Source: a virus (taxonomy: Duplodnaviria > Heunggongvirae > Uroviricota > Caudoviricetes). From it: a DNA stretch of 64,000 nt. Position numbers and translations under genes: made by a program. Where the stretch lies: the IMG/VR virus record IMGVR_UViG_3300043399_001190; one strand, given 5' to 3'. Positions within the stretch are counted from its first letter, which is position 1. Every line of letters begins with the position of its first letter. The notes below the pieces were generated by a model. The model was not told the origin of the DNA, ran no database searches, and worked only from the letters and a program-made list of their open reading frames with translations. This document shows, one piece after another, positions 22,052 to 32,808 of this stretch.

Positions 22052-22813
22052 ATGGAAAAAATTGTTTTGTTTACTGGAGGTTTCGATCCAGTACATAGTG
22101 GTCACATTTCTTGCATACAAGAAGCGAGAAAAATTGGAAGAGTTGTTATAGGATTAAATTCCGACGAATGGCTTACCCGTAAAAAAGGTAAGCCATTTTT
22201 ATCTTTCTACGAACGGAAATTAATTTTAGATCAATTCAAAGATGTTTTGTGTGTATTAGATTTTGATGACAGTGACAATACTGCATCGGATGCGATACGA
22301 AAAACAAAAGAAATGTTTCCAAATAATGAAATCGTTTTCGTGAATGGTGGTGATAGAACAAAAAATAATATTCCAGAACTGGAAAAATACCAAAATGATA
22401 ATAAGGTATCTTTTTTGTTCGGAATAGGTGGAGAAAATAAACAAAATAGTTCAAGTCTTATATTGTCAGATTGGAAGTCACCCACAGAAAAACGTGTTTG
22501 GGGTGACTCTATGACATATTATGATACGAAACAAACAAAAGTCAAAAGATTGGTTTTGGAACCAGGTAAATCTATATCAATGCAATACCATTTAAACAGA
22601 AATGAATTTTGGTTTATAGAATCTGGATCAGGAACAATTTATACTTACGACAAAGAAAAAATCATTAACTTAAAAAACATATATAAACATGAGATGCACC
22701 ATGTCAGAGTTGGTGAGTGGCATAAAATAGAAGCCAGTTCGGAAGAAAAATTGTGCATCGTTGAAATCCAATATGGTATTAACTGTGATGAAGGAGATAT
22801 AATAAGATTATGA
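22052..22813 (+). CDS. Cytidylyltransferase (HxGH) fused to a mannose-6-phosphate-isomerase-type cupin
   Basis: GGFDPVHSGH, NGGDR; C-terminal RVWG, S.QYH..R.E.W, EIQYG. Confidence 0.85.
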   Translation: MEKIVLFTGGFDPVHSGHISCIQEARKIGRVVIGLNSDEWLTRKKGKPFLSFYERKLILDQFKDVLCVLDFDDSDNTASDAIRKTKEMFPNNEIVFVNGGDRTKNNIPELEKYQNDNKVSFLFGIGGENKQNSSSLILSDWKSPTEKRVWGDSMTYYDTKQTKVKRLVLEPGKSISMQYHLNRNEFWFIESGSGTIYTYDKEKIINLKNIYKHEMHHVRVGEWHKIEASSEEKLCIVEIQYGINCDEGDIIRL

Positions 22814-23667
22814 AAAAAATATTAATTATGGGATTACCCGGCGCAGGCAAAACATATTTTGCAAATAGACTAAAAGAATATTTGGAAACAAACGGTGATC
22901 TATTAAAGATTAATCCGGATAAATTATTGAATTATGAGGGCATACCCGGACCTGAAACTATGAGAGTTCATGTTGATTGGTTCAATGCCGATGAAGTTCG
23001 TAAACGGTTCAATGACTGGGATTTTAGCCGTGAAGGTCGTATACGCCAAAGTTTGAGAATGTTCGAATTTGCCGCAAAATGCACCGGTGAATTTGCTATC
23101 TGTGATTTCGTTGCACCATTGCCTGAAATGAGGCATAATTTCAAAGCCGATTGGACCATCTGGATGGACACAATCGATTCTGGTCGTTATGAAGATACCA
23201 ACAAAGCTTTTGTTCCTCCAGATGTTTATGACTTCAGAATCACTGAACAGAATGCTGAGAAATGGGCAGAATTTGTGGGAAACCACATACTGGAAAATCG
23301 CCGTAGACCAAGATTTGATTGGAAAAAAGAAACCGTTCAGATGCTAGGAAGATGGCAGCCATGGCACGCGGGTCACCGAGCACTATTCGATAGAGCAATT
23401 GCTAAAACGGGTCAAGTAGTAATACAAATACGCGATTGCCAAGGTTGGCAAGGTTCAAATCCTTTTGCTATTGAGCAGGTAAAGAACTACATCCGTAGAG
23501 ATTTGGATCCACTGTATCAGGGTCAATACGAAATTCAAGTTGTACCAAACATCGTCAACATCACATATGGTAGAGATGTTGGATACAAAATAGAACAAGA
23601 AGTATTTGATGATGAAACGCATTCTATTTCTGCAACTAAAATTCGTAAAGAAATGGGTCTAAAATGA
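22810..23667 (+). CDS. Adenylylsulfate-kinase-like P-loop domain fused to an HxGH nucleotidyltransferase
   Basis: GLPGAGKT, ADEVR...DWDFS.EGR; C-terminal GRWQPWHAGH...ISATKIR. Confidence 0.8.
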   Translation: MKKILIMGLPGAGKTYFANRLKEYLETNGDLLKINPDKLLNYEGIPGPETMRVHVDWFNADEVRKRFNDWDFSREGRIRQSLRMFEFAAKCTGEFAICDFVAPLPEMRHNFKADWTIWMDTIDSGRYEDTNKAFVPPDVYDFRITEQNAEKWAEFVGNHILENRRRPRFDWKKETVQMLGRWQPWHAGHRALFDRAIAKTGQVVIQIRDCQGWQGSNPFAIEQVKNYIRRDLDPLYQGQYEIQVVPNIVNITYGRDVGYKIEQEVFDDETHSISATKIRKEMGLK

Positions 23668-23879
23668 AAAATCGTTACCACATTCGGTATAATACAAAAC
23701 ACGGTGACACCGAACTGTATTGGAGAGTATTTGAAAATGGTAAAGAAGTACTCGTTAGAAACTTGAACATAAAAGTTCCTGTTTTTGACGAGGTTACCAT
23801 TGAACATGGTGTAGAAAAAAGAAATATTTGTTGTATGGGGACAATGAAAATCGTAAATAATACAGCAGTTATAGAATAA
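23664..23879 (+). CDS. Hypothetical protein
   Basis: ATGA overlap with the upstream gene. Confidence 0.55.
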   Translation: MKNRYHIRYNTKHGDTELYWRVFENGKEVLVRNLNIKVPVFDEVTIEHGVEKRNICCMGTMKIVNNTAVIE

Positions 23880-23898
23880 TTTTATTAATTTACAACGG

Positions 23899-23906
23899 CA
23901 TAAATA
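23899..23906 (+). promoter_or_regulatory. T4-type late promoter variant (CATAAATA)
   Basis: TAAATA core just upstream of gp13. Confidence 0.55.
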
Positions 23907-23934
23907 GACCAGACAACTCTTTTTCAAGAAAAAT

Positions 23935-24711
23935 ATGCCATCCGTAACAAATAGACAAACTTTTAAAGAATATTGCCTACGTAGGCTAGGTTTTCCGACA
24001 ATAGAAATTAACGTCGATGATGACCAAGTTGAAGATAGGATCGATGATGCCTTGCAGTACTGGCAAGACTACCATTTCGATGCTCTTCAAAAGCTATATT
24101 ATATTAAAAGATTGGATGCAACAGATATACAAAACAAATATATTAATCTGGACCCATCCGTAACGGTGGATTCACAGAATAACCACGTAAATATCATAGG
24201 TGTAACTCGCATTTTTCCAATCTCCGACAGCATAAATCAAGCAAATATGTTTGATTTGAGATATCAATTGAGATTGAACGAACTCTACGATTTTACTTCC
24301 GCATCGTATATCAATTACACATTAACAATGCAGCATCTGCGCTCATTGGAGATAATGTTTACAGGTGAAGTACCGATTCGTTTCCAAAGACACATGCACA
24401 AATTGTTTTGTGATTGGGGTTGGGGCAGTTCGGTGCAAGCTGGTACCGTTGTCATTGCAGAATGTTATGCAATAATTAATCCTTCTGATTACATTTCTGT
24501 ATGGAATGACCGTTGGCTCAAAGAATATGCCACTGCACTTATTAAAAGAACATGGGGCAATAACCTTAAAAAGTTTGCCGGTGTTCAATTGCCAGGCGGA
24601 GTTACATTAAATGGTGACAAAATCTACGAAGAAGCTGTTGAAGAAATCAAAGCACTAGAAGACGAAATGTCATCTAACTATGAATTGCCAGTCGAGTGGT
24701 ACATGAATTGA
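23935..24711 (+). CDS. gp13: Neck/head-tail adaptor protein
   Basis: LRRLG.P.IEINV.DDQ..D.ID.A, WLK.YA.AL.K..WG.NL.K, LPGGVTLNG. Confidence 0.92.
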   Translation: MPSVTNRQTFKEYCLRRLGFPTIEINVDDDQVEDRIDDALQYWQDYHFDALQKLYYIKRLDATDIQNKYINLDPSVTVDSQNNHVNIIGVTRIFPISDSINQANMFDLRYQLRLNELYDFTSASYINYTLTMQHLRSLEIMFTGEVPIRFQRHMHKLFCDWGWGSSVQAGTVVIAECYAIINPSDYISVWNDRWLKEYATALIKRTWGNNLKKFAGVQLPGGVTLNGDKIYEEAVEEIKALEDEMSSNYELPVEWYMN

Positions 24712-24729
24712 TGGCCAAAGGAGATTAAA

Positions 24730-25602
24730 GTGGCCACAAACCTTTATTTCAATAATTATCAAAACACACCAGAACAGAGACTGATCGAAGATTTGATGAT
24801 CGAAACGATCAAAATTAATGGTGTCGATTGCTATTATATACCAAATATCAATGAAGAAAAAAGGGATTTACTTTACGGAGAAGATCCACTAAAGAAATTT
24901 ACTGGTGCATATCCCGTCGAAATGTATGTCGTGAATGTTGATGGTTATGAAGGTGAAAGAGAATTCTTCTCAAAGTTTGGTTTAGAGATACGAAACAATA
25001 TGTCCGTTTTAGTATCAAAACGTTCGTTCGCAAGATGGGTACCACAAACATATGTAAGACCAAGAGAAGGTGATTTGATATACGTTCCGTTTCTATCTCA
25101 AAAAGGTGAGATGTATGAAATTCGTTATGTGAATTATTCGGAAGCTTTTTATGTTTTAGGTAATAAATATCCTTTCTTCTACAAACTTGAGCTTGAGAAG
25201 TTCAAATACTCACAAGAAACTATCGATGTTGGTATTCCAGATATTGATGATCTTGTTTCGGATGAAGCTTATCAAATTGAATTGAATGTTAACACAAGCA
25301 CAGGTAATGGCAATTTTATTAAAGGTGAATCTGTACACAACACATCAAACACAGTTTATGGTACAGTTACATCATGGAATAAACCAACAGGTATACTCAA
25401 AGTTACCGATATATACGGAACTTTTGCAAATAACATGTTACTGAGAGGTAACACAAGCAATGCTTCCTATACAACCTCAGCTTCACCTGACGAATTAAAA
25501 GACAATCTTGCAAGAGAAGAGTACGATAATAAGATTATTCAGACTGAGGCAAATACAATCATCGACTTTTCGGAATCAAATCCTTTTGGTAACATCACAT
25601 GA
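24730..25602 (+). CDS. gp14: Neck/head closure protein
   Basis: E.I...G.D.YY.P, SKFG.E, P.EGDLIY.P; synteny. Confidence 0.9.
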   Translation: MATNLYFNNYQNTPEQRLIEDLMIETIKINGVDCYYIPNINEEKRDLLYGEDPLKKFTGAYPVEMYVVNVDGYEGEREFFSKFGLEIRNNMSVLVSKRSFARWVPQTYVRPREGDLIYVPFLSQKGEMYEIRYVNYSEAFYVLGNKYPFFYKLELEKFKYSQETIDVGIPDIDDLVSDEAYQIELNVNTSTGNGNFIKGESVHNTSNTVYGTVTSWNKPTGILKVTDIYGTFANNMLLRGNTSNASYTTSASPDELKDNLAREEYDNKIIQTEANTIIDFSESNPFGNIT

Positions 25603-26600
25603 CAATAGGCTATTCATACCACAGAATTATACGAAAGATGGTTGTTGCTTTTGGCAACCTCTTCAATGAAATTAAACTGGCTCGCTACGACACAAATGGT
25701 AAAGAACTAGAATCTTTTCTGGTTCCGATTGTTTATGGTGGAAAAGAAAAATATGTTTCTAGACTTGAAGGTGATCCAAACTTAGACAAAAAGGTACAAG
25801 TCAGTTTGCCAATCATGTCGTTTGAATTGGTTAACATGAATTATGATTCTGCTAGAAAATTAAACACGAATTTTAAAAATACTGTAGCATCAGGTACAAC
25901 CGCGTTGGCAGTATATAATCCAGTACCTTTCGATTTCGAATTTCAACTTTTTGTATATGTGAGAAATATTGAAGACGGTGCACAAATTGTTGAAAAAATA
26001 TTACCGTTTTTTACACCAGATTACACAGTGTCGGTAAATTTAATACCTGAAATGAATGTGGTAAAACAATTACCCATTTTACTGAAAGACATATCACAAG
26101 ACATAGATTATGAAGGTGAATATGATAGTAAAGTTCGTACCGTTATTTGGACTTTAAATTTTACGATTAAAGGTTATTTGTACGGTCAAGTTTCTCAACC
26201 AAAAATTATTCGAAACTCTATCACAAATATCATTGATGATAATTCATTAAGTGGTTCACCAGTGACAACCTTAATGAACAGTGGTGGAACTGGAAATTAT
26301 AAAGTTGGTGAAAAAATATATCAAGGGTATTCATATGATATGGCTACTGCTACTGGAACAGTTTATAGCTGGAATTCCGGTAGTAATACTTTAGTTTTTA
26401 CTGACTCAACCGGACACTTTGTTTCGAATACAAGTGTAATAGGTTTAGATTCAAATGCAACTTGGGTTGCAAATACATTTTCAATTTCAAATTATCCGAC
26501 TGTTAGAGTTGATGTTAAACCAAATCCACTTAATGTTGTATTACCAAATAATTATACATATACAGTAACAGTTGAAGAAGCACCAAACATAACAAATTAA
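25599..26600 (+). CDS. gp15: Tail sheath stabiliser/terminator
   Basis: IRK.V.AFG.LFN, LP.MSFE, YNPVP, QI.E.ILP.F.P. Confidence 0.9.
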   Translation: MTIGYSYHRIIRKMVVAFGNLFNEIKLARYDTNGKELESFLVPIVYGGKEKYVSRLEGDPNLDKKVQVSLPIMSFELVNMNYDSARKLNTNFKNTVASGTTALAVYNPVPFDFEFQLFVYVRNIEDGAQIVEKILPFFTPDYTVSVNLIPEMNVVKQLPILLKDISQDIDYEGEYDSKVRTVIWTLNFTIKGYLYGQVSQPKIIRNSITNIIDDNSLSGSPVTTLMNSGGTGNYKVGEKIYQGYSYDMATATGTVYSWNSGSNTLVFTDSTGHFVSNTSVIGLDSNATWVANTFSISNYPTVRVDVKPNPLNVVLPNNYTYTVTVEEAPNITN

Positions 26601-26601
26601 C

Positions 26602-27033
26602 ATGTCAAAATTTGAAAAAAGTATGGAACAAATATTTGATGTGGTACCATCCACAAACAATAAACCACCCGTGCCTGTAGTTGCACCAAAAGAAAAAACT
26701 GATAGTTTGGATTTGGACCTAGAAGAAGACTACAAGGAAGCCAGGGATACCTTAAAAGAATTGGTCACAAAAGGCAATCATGCAATTGACCATCTATTGG
26801 CAATAGCTTCAGACACCGAACACCCAAGAGCTTTTGAAGTTGTGGCTACATTGATAAAAAATACCGCAGAAGCAAACGAAAAACTTTTAAATATGCAAAA
26901 ACAAATGCGCGATATGAAAGGTTTGACGAAGAAAGATTCTAGCGGTGTGAATGTGGATAAAGCAATCTTTGTTGGTTCTACTTCAGAACTTAACAAATTA
27001 TTGAAAGCAAAAAACAATAGTGACAACGAATAA
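26602..27033 (+). CDS. gp16: Terminase small subunit
   Basis: DY..AR..L, HPRA.EV...L.K, FVGST.EL. Confidence 0.92.
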   Translation: MSKFEKSMEQIFDVVPSTNNKPPVPVVAPKEKTDSLDLDLEEDYKEARDTLKELVTKGNHAIDHLLAIASDTEHPRAFEVVATLIKNTAEANEKLLNMQKQMRDMKGLTKKDSSGVNVDKAIFVGSTSELNKLLKAKNNSDNE

Positions 27034-28687
27034 AGATTCGTATAGAGATAATCCACTCCTAAAACGTTCAGGAGTTGAACATGCTTATACACAGGAGCAG
27101 ATAGAGGAATACATTAAGTGTTCAAAAGATCCTGTATATTTTGCTGCAAATTATATTAAAATCGTTAACGTTGATAAAGGTTTGATGCCTTTTGAAATGT
27201 GGGATTTTCAGAAAGACATGATTCGTCTTTTTCATGAAAATCGTTTTTGTATAACAAAGTGCCCTCGCCAGGTTGGTAAGACAACAACTTCTGTGGCATA
27301 TTTACTTTGGCTAACTTTATTTTCCGATTCACAAAATATTGCAGTTCTAGCCAACAAAGGTTCTTTGGCTAGAGATATTCTGGCAAAGTATCAACTAGCA
27401 TATGAAAACTTACCTATGTGGTTGCAACAAGGTGTTGTGACATGGAACAAAGGTAACGTTGAATTGGAAAATGGTTCAAAAATAATTGCAGCTTCCACAT
27501 CCAGTTCTGCTGTTCGTGGTGGAGCTTTCAACGTAGTTTTCTTGGATGAATTTGCGTTCGTTCCAGCCAATATTGCTAACGAATTCTTTAATTCGGTTTA
27601 TCCGGTTATCTCGTCTGGTAAAACAACCAAGATTATTATTGTTTCTACACCAAACGGCATGAATCTATTCTATAAATTGTGGATGGATGCAATTGGTAAA
27701 AAGAATGGTTACAAACCTTTCCAGATTCACTGGTCAATGGTACCAGGAAGAGATGAAAAGTGGAGAGAAGAAACAATCAAGAATACTTCCGAAGAACAAT
27801 TCAGACAAGAGTTTGAATGTGAATTTTTGGGTTCTACAAATACACTCATTTCTGGTTCAAAACTTGCACAAATGGTGTACAACGATCCAATTGTCAAACA
27901 TGAATTGTTGCACATTTATGAAGCACCAATCAAAGGTGATGAAGATGAAGGAACTCACGAACACATATATGCTATTTGTGTAGATCCTTCAGAAGGTAGA
28001 AATATGGACGACTCGGCGTTTTCCGTTTTCGATGTATCATCAGTACCATACAAACAAGTTGCAAAATATAATAGCTCTTCAATTTCACCAGTATTGTTTC
28101 CAACGGTAATCTGCAATACGGCAAAACTATACAATAATGCATATGTTTTAGTTGAAATCAATAACACTCCTCAAATCGCAGACACGTTGCACCAGGATTT
28201 AGAATATGAAAACGTGGTTAAGATTGAGACTGGAAATAAAAAAGCACAAGCCATGGGTACAGGTTTTGGTCGTGGTATTCAGCTTGGGCTTAAAATGTCA
28301 CCACAAGTTAAAAGAATTGGTTGTTCCAACTTAAAAACTCTGATTGAAAATGACAAACTAATCATCAATGACTTTGACACCATTTCTCAACTAACGACTT
28401 TCGTTTCATCACTGAACTCGTTTAAAGCGGAAGAAGGTGCTACGGACGATTTGGTTATGACCTTAGTTATGTTTGCATGGATGACGACACAACAATACTT
28501 CAAAGAAATAGTGAACCACGATTTGCGTAAACAAATGCAGTTGGAAATGATGAACCAGTCGGATGAAGATGCTCCTTCTTTCGGTTTATATGATGATGGT
28601 ACTCAAGGAAATTATGTCGTAGAAGGTGGTGACGTTTGGTTGACAAGAGAAGATGACGATTTTCGTTCACCACTATACATTAACTGA
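27020..28687 (+). CDS. gp17: Terminase large subunit
   Basis: PRQVGKTT Walker A, FLDEFAF Walker B, STPNG, DD.VM nuclease motif. Confidence 0.97.
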   Translation: MTTNKDSYRDNPLLKRSGVEHAYTQEQIEEYIKCSKDPVYFAANYIKIVNVDKGLMPFEMWDFQKDMIRLFHENRFCITKCPRQVGKTTTSVAYLLWLTLFSDSQNIAVLANKGSLARDILAKYQLAYENLPMWLQQGVVTWNKGNVELENGSKIIAASTSSSAVRGGAFNVVFLDEFAFVPANIANEFFNSVYPVISSGKTTKIIIVSTPNGMNLFYKLWMDAIGKKNGYKPFQIHWSMVPGRDEKWREETIKNTSEEQFRQEFECEFLGSTNTLISGSKLAQMVYNDPIVKHELLHIYEAPIKGDEDEGTHEHIYAICVDPSEGRNMDDSAFSVFDVSSVPYKQVAKYNSSSISPVLFPTVICNTAKLYNNAYVLVEINNTPQIADTLHQDLEYENVVKIETGNKKAQAMGTGFGRGIQLGLKMSPQVKRIGCSNLKTLIENDKLIINDFDTISQLTTFVSSLNSFKAEEGATDDLVMTLVMFAWMTTQQYFKEIVNHDLRKQMQLEMMNQSDEDAPSFGLYDDGTQGNYVVEGGDVWLTREDDDFRSPLYIN

Positions 28688-28704
28688 CTCAAAAAATCAC
28701 GTTT

Positions 28705-28712
28705 GATAAATA
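28705..28712 (+). promoter_or_regulatory. Late promoter variant (GATAAATA)
   Basis: TAAATA core upstream of gp18. Confidence 0.5.
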
Positions 28713-28764
28713 TACTATAGGTTATTACTGCCAAAAAATAACATCATAAAACAAGGAGAATAAA

Positions 28765-30459
28765 ATGGCGTTTCAATTATCTCCAGGCGTAAATTTCACA
28801 GAAATAGACTTAACGACTGTCGTTCCTGCGATTTCTACTACAGCCGGTGCATTTGCTGGACCATTCCAATGGGGTCCAGTGGATCAAAGAACTCTCGTTA
28901 CGAACGAAGTGGATTTGGTCAACAAATTTGGAAAACCTGATACAAACACTGCTGTATCATTTTTTTCAGCAGCAAACTTTTTAGCATACGGAAACAATCT
29001 TCAAGTTGTTCGTGCTGCAAACTCATCAAGCTACAATGCTTCTGCAAATACTGTTACCCCTATTCAAATCAAAAACGAAAATGTATATGATACATCATAC
29101 ATTGCCGATTCGAATAGCATTTCTTTTGTTTCTCGTTATCCAGGTGAACTAGGAAACTCATTGAAAGTTTCAGTATGTGCAGCAGGTGCAAGTGGTAGTA
29201 ATTTCTCTTCTTGGGAATATAAAGGTTCATTTGCCTCAGCTCCTAATACTTCTACGTATGCAGCTACTGCTGGTGGTGCTTATGACCAACTCCACATAGC
29301 TGTTATCGATGAAGACGGATTATTCAGCAACGGTGCAAAAAATACTGTTCTGGAAGTATTTCCTTTCCTATCAAAAGCATCTGACGGAATTGGTGATGAT
29401 GGTACTGCAACATATTACAGAACTGTTATCAGAAACCAGTCGAAATATGTCTATGCGTTAGGTCCAGTTGACTATGCAAATACGAGCGCAACTTGGGGTC
29501 AAACAGCGAACGGAAGAACGTTTGCTGGTCTCAGCAACACAGTGTCAATTTCAATGGCTGGTGGCGCAACAGCAGCCACAACGAATGCTGATTTAACAAG
29601 AGCTTATGATAATTTTGCCGATAAAGATGTTATCGATATTTCATTAGTTGTGACCGGTGATGCTGGTGTTACTTTACAACAATATGTTATTGACAATATT
29701 GTTACATCACGTAAAGATTGCGTTGCATTCATTTCTCCTCCACAGGCTGGAATTGTTGGCGGTGCAACACCAAGCACATCAGTTACTTCATGGGTCACAA
29801 CTCTTTCCAGAGCAACATCTTATGCCGTAGCAGATTCTGGTTGGAAATACCAATTCGACAAATACAATAATGTATATCGTTGGGTTCCATTGAACGGTGA
29901 CATTGCTGGTCTATGTGTTCGCACAGACCAAACAAATGATCCATGGTTCTCTCCAGCAGGTGTAAATCGCGGCGCAATCAAGAATGTTGTCAAACTAGCA
30001 TGGAATCCAACACAAACTGAAAGAGATGCAATCTATTCAATTGGTGTAAATCCTGTGGTTAGTATGCCAGGTCAAGGAACCATGCTATATGGTGACAAGA
30101 CTTTTGTAACACAGCCTTCTGCTTTCGATAGAATCAATGTTCGCCGTCTGTTCATTGTTCTGGAAAAAGCCATCGTGAGCGCATCGAAATATTCATTGTT
30201 TGAACTGAATGATGAATTTACACGCGCACAATTTGTTGCACTTGTTGAGCCATTCTTACGTGACGTAAAAGGCCGTCGTGGTATTTACGACTATAGAGTT
30301 GTTTGCGATACAACAAATAACACTCCACAGGTAATTGACACGAATAGATTCGTTGGTGATATTTACATCAAACCAGCACGTTCGATCAACTACATTCAGT
30401 TGAACTTTGTTGCAGTCAGAACTGGTGTAAACTTCAACGAAATCGTTGGTGCGGTGTAA
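28765..30459 (+). CDS. gp18: Tail sheath protein
   Basis: LSPGV...EIDLT, F.WGP, PWFSPAG..RG, RINVRRLF. Confidence 0.97.
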   Translation: MAFQLSPGVNFTEIDLTTVVPAISTTAGAFAGPFQWGPVDQRTLVTNEVDLVNKFGKPDTNTAVSFFSAANFLAYGNNLQVVRAANSSSYNASANTVTPIQIKNENVYDTSYIADSNSISFVSRYPGELGNSLKVSVCAAGASGSNFSSWEYKGSFASAPNTSTYAATAGGAYDQLHIAVIDEDGLFSNGAKNTVLEVFPFLSKASDGIGDDGTATYYRTVIRNQSKYVYALGPVDYANTSATWGQTANGRTFAGLSNTVSISMAGGATAATTNADLTRAYDNFADKDVIDISLVVTGDAGVTLQQYVIDNIVTSRKDCVAFISPPQAGIVGGATPSTSVTSWVTTLSRATSYAVADSGWKYQFDKYNNVYRWVPLNGDIAGLCVRTDQTNDPWFSPAGVNRGAIKNVVKLAWNPTQTERDAIYSIGVNPVVSMPGQGTMLYGDKTFVTQPSAFDRINVRRLFIVLEKAIVSASKYSLFELNDEFTRAQFVALVEPFLRDVKGRRGIYDYRVVCDTTNNTPQVIDTNRFVGDIYIKPARSINYIQLNFVAVRTGVNFNEIVGAV

Positions 30460-30485
30460 TAAATATTTAAAACAGGAGAAAAAAG

Positions 30486-31028
30486 ATGGCTTTTAATGTA
30501 ACAGAATTTAGAGCAAATCTCATAGGAGATGGTGCCCGTCCAAATCTGTTCCAGGTCACTATGAATTTTCCTACATTTTCAACAGAATCTGTAGGATCTT
30601 CTCAAGCACTAACATTCTTGTGTAAGGCTGCACAGTTACCAGGTTCAACAATTGGAACAGTACCATTATTTTATTTCGGTCGTGAACTGAAATTTGCCGG
30701 AAATAGAAATTTTGCTGACTGGACTATTACCATTATCAACGACGAGAACTTCAAAGTTCGTAAAGCTTTTGAATCTTGGATGAATGGTATTAATTCACAT
30801 GCTACTAACTTGAGAAATGGTGCTTCATTGACACCAACAGGTTATTCAGCCGATGCAAAAGTTGAGCAATATGATAAAGCCGGAAACATCATCAAATCTT
30901 ATAAGTTTGTTGGTGCTTTCCCCGTTGATCTTTCACCAATTGATTTGGACTGGGGTGCTAACGATTCTATCGAAGAATTTACGACAACTCTGGCATATCA
31001 GTGGTGGGAATCTGATACAACATCTTAA
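30486..31028 (+). CDS. gp19: Tail tube protein
   Basis: GARPNLF.V, CKA..LPG, GR..K.AG.R.F..W..T..ND. Confidence 0.95.
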   Translation: MAFNVTEFRANLIGDGARPNLFQVTMNFPTFSTESVGSSQALTFLCKAAQLPGSTIGTVPLFYFGRELKFAGNRNFADWTITIINDENFKVRKAFESWMNGINSHATNLRNGASLTPTGYSADAKVEQYDKAGNIIKSYKFVGAFPVDLSPIDLDWGANDSIEEFTTTLAYQWWESDTTS

Positions 31029-31030
31029 TT

Positions 31031-31053
31031 AAAGGGGATATAATCCCCTTTTT
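31031..31053 (+). terminator. Terminator after gp19
   Basis: AAAGGGGA-TATAA-TCCCCTTT followed by TT. Confidence 0.65.
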
Positions 31054-31084
31054 ATGATTTTTTTGAAATGGAAATAAAAAACAT

Positions 31085-32782
31085 ATGGCGCTAAATTTAT
31101 TCGGCTTCCAAATATCAAGGCAAAAAACTGACTTAGAGCAGCAAAGTGCCAAGACCTTCGCACCACCTTCCAATGAAGATGGTGCTTTAACCGTTTCTGC
31201 TGCGGCTTATTATGGAACATATGTTGATTTAGATGGTACAGCAAAAAATGAAGTAGAACTCATTTCTCGCTATCGTGAAATGTCAATGCAGCCAGAAATA
31301 GAGTCTGCTATCGATGATATCGTAAATGAGGCTATCGTACAGACTGACACCGGCGAATCGTTACGAATCATCATGGATGATTTGAAACAACCGGAAAAAA
31401 TTAAAAAAGCAATACAAGAAGAGTTTGATACCGTTTTACGTTTGCTGAATTACCAAAACATGGGAACTGATATATTCAGACGTTTCTATGTTGATGGTCG
31501 TTTATTTTACCATATTATTATCGACGATAAAAATCCAGCTTCAGGTATTAAAGCACTTAGATATATTGATCCTAGAAAAATTCGCAAGATACGCGAAATT
31601 AAAAAAGAAAAAGATCAAAATTCTGCAACAGATGTTGTCACTACAGTAAATGAATATTACATTTACAATGACAAAGTTGTTTCTGGAACTTCTTCAAGTT
31701 ATGGTCCAGTTGGTGTACGTATTGCAAAAGATGCGATCATCAACGTTAATTCTGGATTAATGGACTCTCGTCGTGCTGCTGTTTTAAGTTATCTACACAA
31801 GGCAATTAAACCTCTCAATCAATTACGTATGATTGAAGATGCCACAGTTATTTACAGAATTTCAAGAGCACCAGAACGTAGAATATTCTATATTGATGTT
31901 GGTAATTTACCTAAGCTAAAAGCAGAACAATATCTCCGTGATATTATGGTCAAGTATAAAAACAAACTTGTCTATGATGCACAAACAGGAGAAGTTCGTG
32001 ATGATAGAAAATTCCTTTCGATGATGGAAGATTTCTGGTTACCACGTAGAGAAGGTGGTAAAGGTACAGAAATTACCACATTACCTGGTGGGCAAAATCT
32101 CGGTGAATTAGAAGACGTAAAGTATTTTGAAAAGAAACTTTACAAAGCTCTAAATGTTCCAATCTCCCGTCTAGATCCAAATCAAACAGGTTTCTCTCTT
32201 GGTAGAGTAGGTGAAATTACTAGAGATGAGGTTAAGTTTTCTAAATTCGTTGATCGTCAAAGACAAAAATTTTCGGAAATTTTTGACCAAGCTTTGCGTG
32301 TACAGTGTGTACTAAAAGGTATCTGTACAGCAGAAGAATTCGATGAATTCAAAGAAAACATTTATTATGACTTCATGAAAGACAACAATTTTGCCGAACT
32401 GAAAGAGGCAGAATTGGTACGTGAGCGTCTATCATTGTTAGGTTCAGTAGATCCATATGTTGGTCGTTATTATTCAATGCGTTGGATCCAGAAAAATGTT
32501 CTTCGTCTTTCGGACGATGACATTAAAGAAATGGATAAACAAATTGAACAGGAAAGAAAACAAGGTAAGATTATGGATCCGCAACAAATTGCGGCTCAAG
32601 GTCAAGCCGAGTTGGCAGCAGATACCGCAGGTGCAGCAACAGATAATGCGCCTACGACAACACCAGTTTCTACTGTTTCACCAGAGTCTGGTGACGTTGC
32701 AGACAACCAACCAGTTAAGGGCGACCTCAGCTTGAAGGAAGACTATTCACCTGCAATGCGTATGATTAAACGTGTGTTATAA
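31085..32782 (+). CDS. gp20: Portal protein
   Basis: YRISRAPERRIFYIDVGNLP, EDFWLPRREGGKGTEI.TLPGGQNLG. Confidence 0.98.
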   Translation: MALNLFGFQISRQKTDLEQQSAKTFAPPSNEDGALTVSAAAYYGTYVDLDGTAKNEVELISRYREMSMQPEIESAIDDIVNEAIVQTDTGESLRIIMDDLKQPEKIKKAIQEEFDTVLRLLNYQNMGTDIFRRFYVDGRLFYHIIIDDKNPASGIKALRYIDPRKIRKIREIKKEKDQNSATDVVTTVNEYYIYNDKVVSGTSSSYGPVGVRIAKDAIINVNSGLMDSRRAAVLSYLHKAIKPLNQLRMIEDATVIYRISRAPERRIFYIDVGNLPKLKAEQYLRDIMVKYKNKLVYDAQTGEVRDDRKFLSMMEDFWLPRREGGKGTEITTLPGGQNLGELEDVKYFEKKLYKALNVPISRLDPNQTGFSLGRVGEITRDEVKFSKFVDRQRQKFSEIFDQALRVQCVLKGICTAEEFDEFKENIYYDFMKDNNFAELKEAELVRERLSLLGSVDPYVGRYYSMRWIQKNVLRLSDDDIKEMDKQIEQERKQGKIMDPQQIAAQGQAELAADTAGAATDNAPTTTPVSTVSPESGDVADNQPVKGDLSLKEDYSPAMRMIKRVL

Positions 32783-32785
32783 ATA
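32778..32785 (+). promoter_or_regulatory. T4 late promoter TATAAATA
   Basis: Exact consensus. Confidence 0.7.
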
Positions 32786-32808
32786 TTTTATGTTATTTGG
32801 AGACCATA

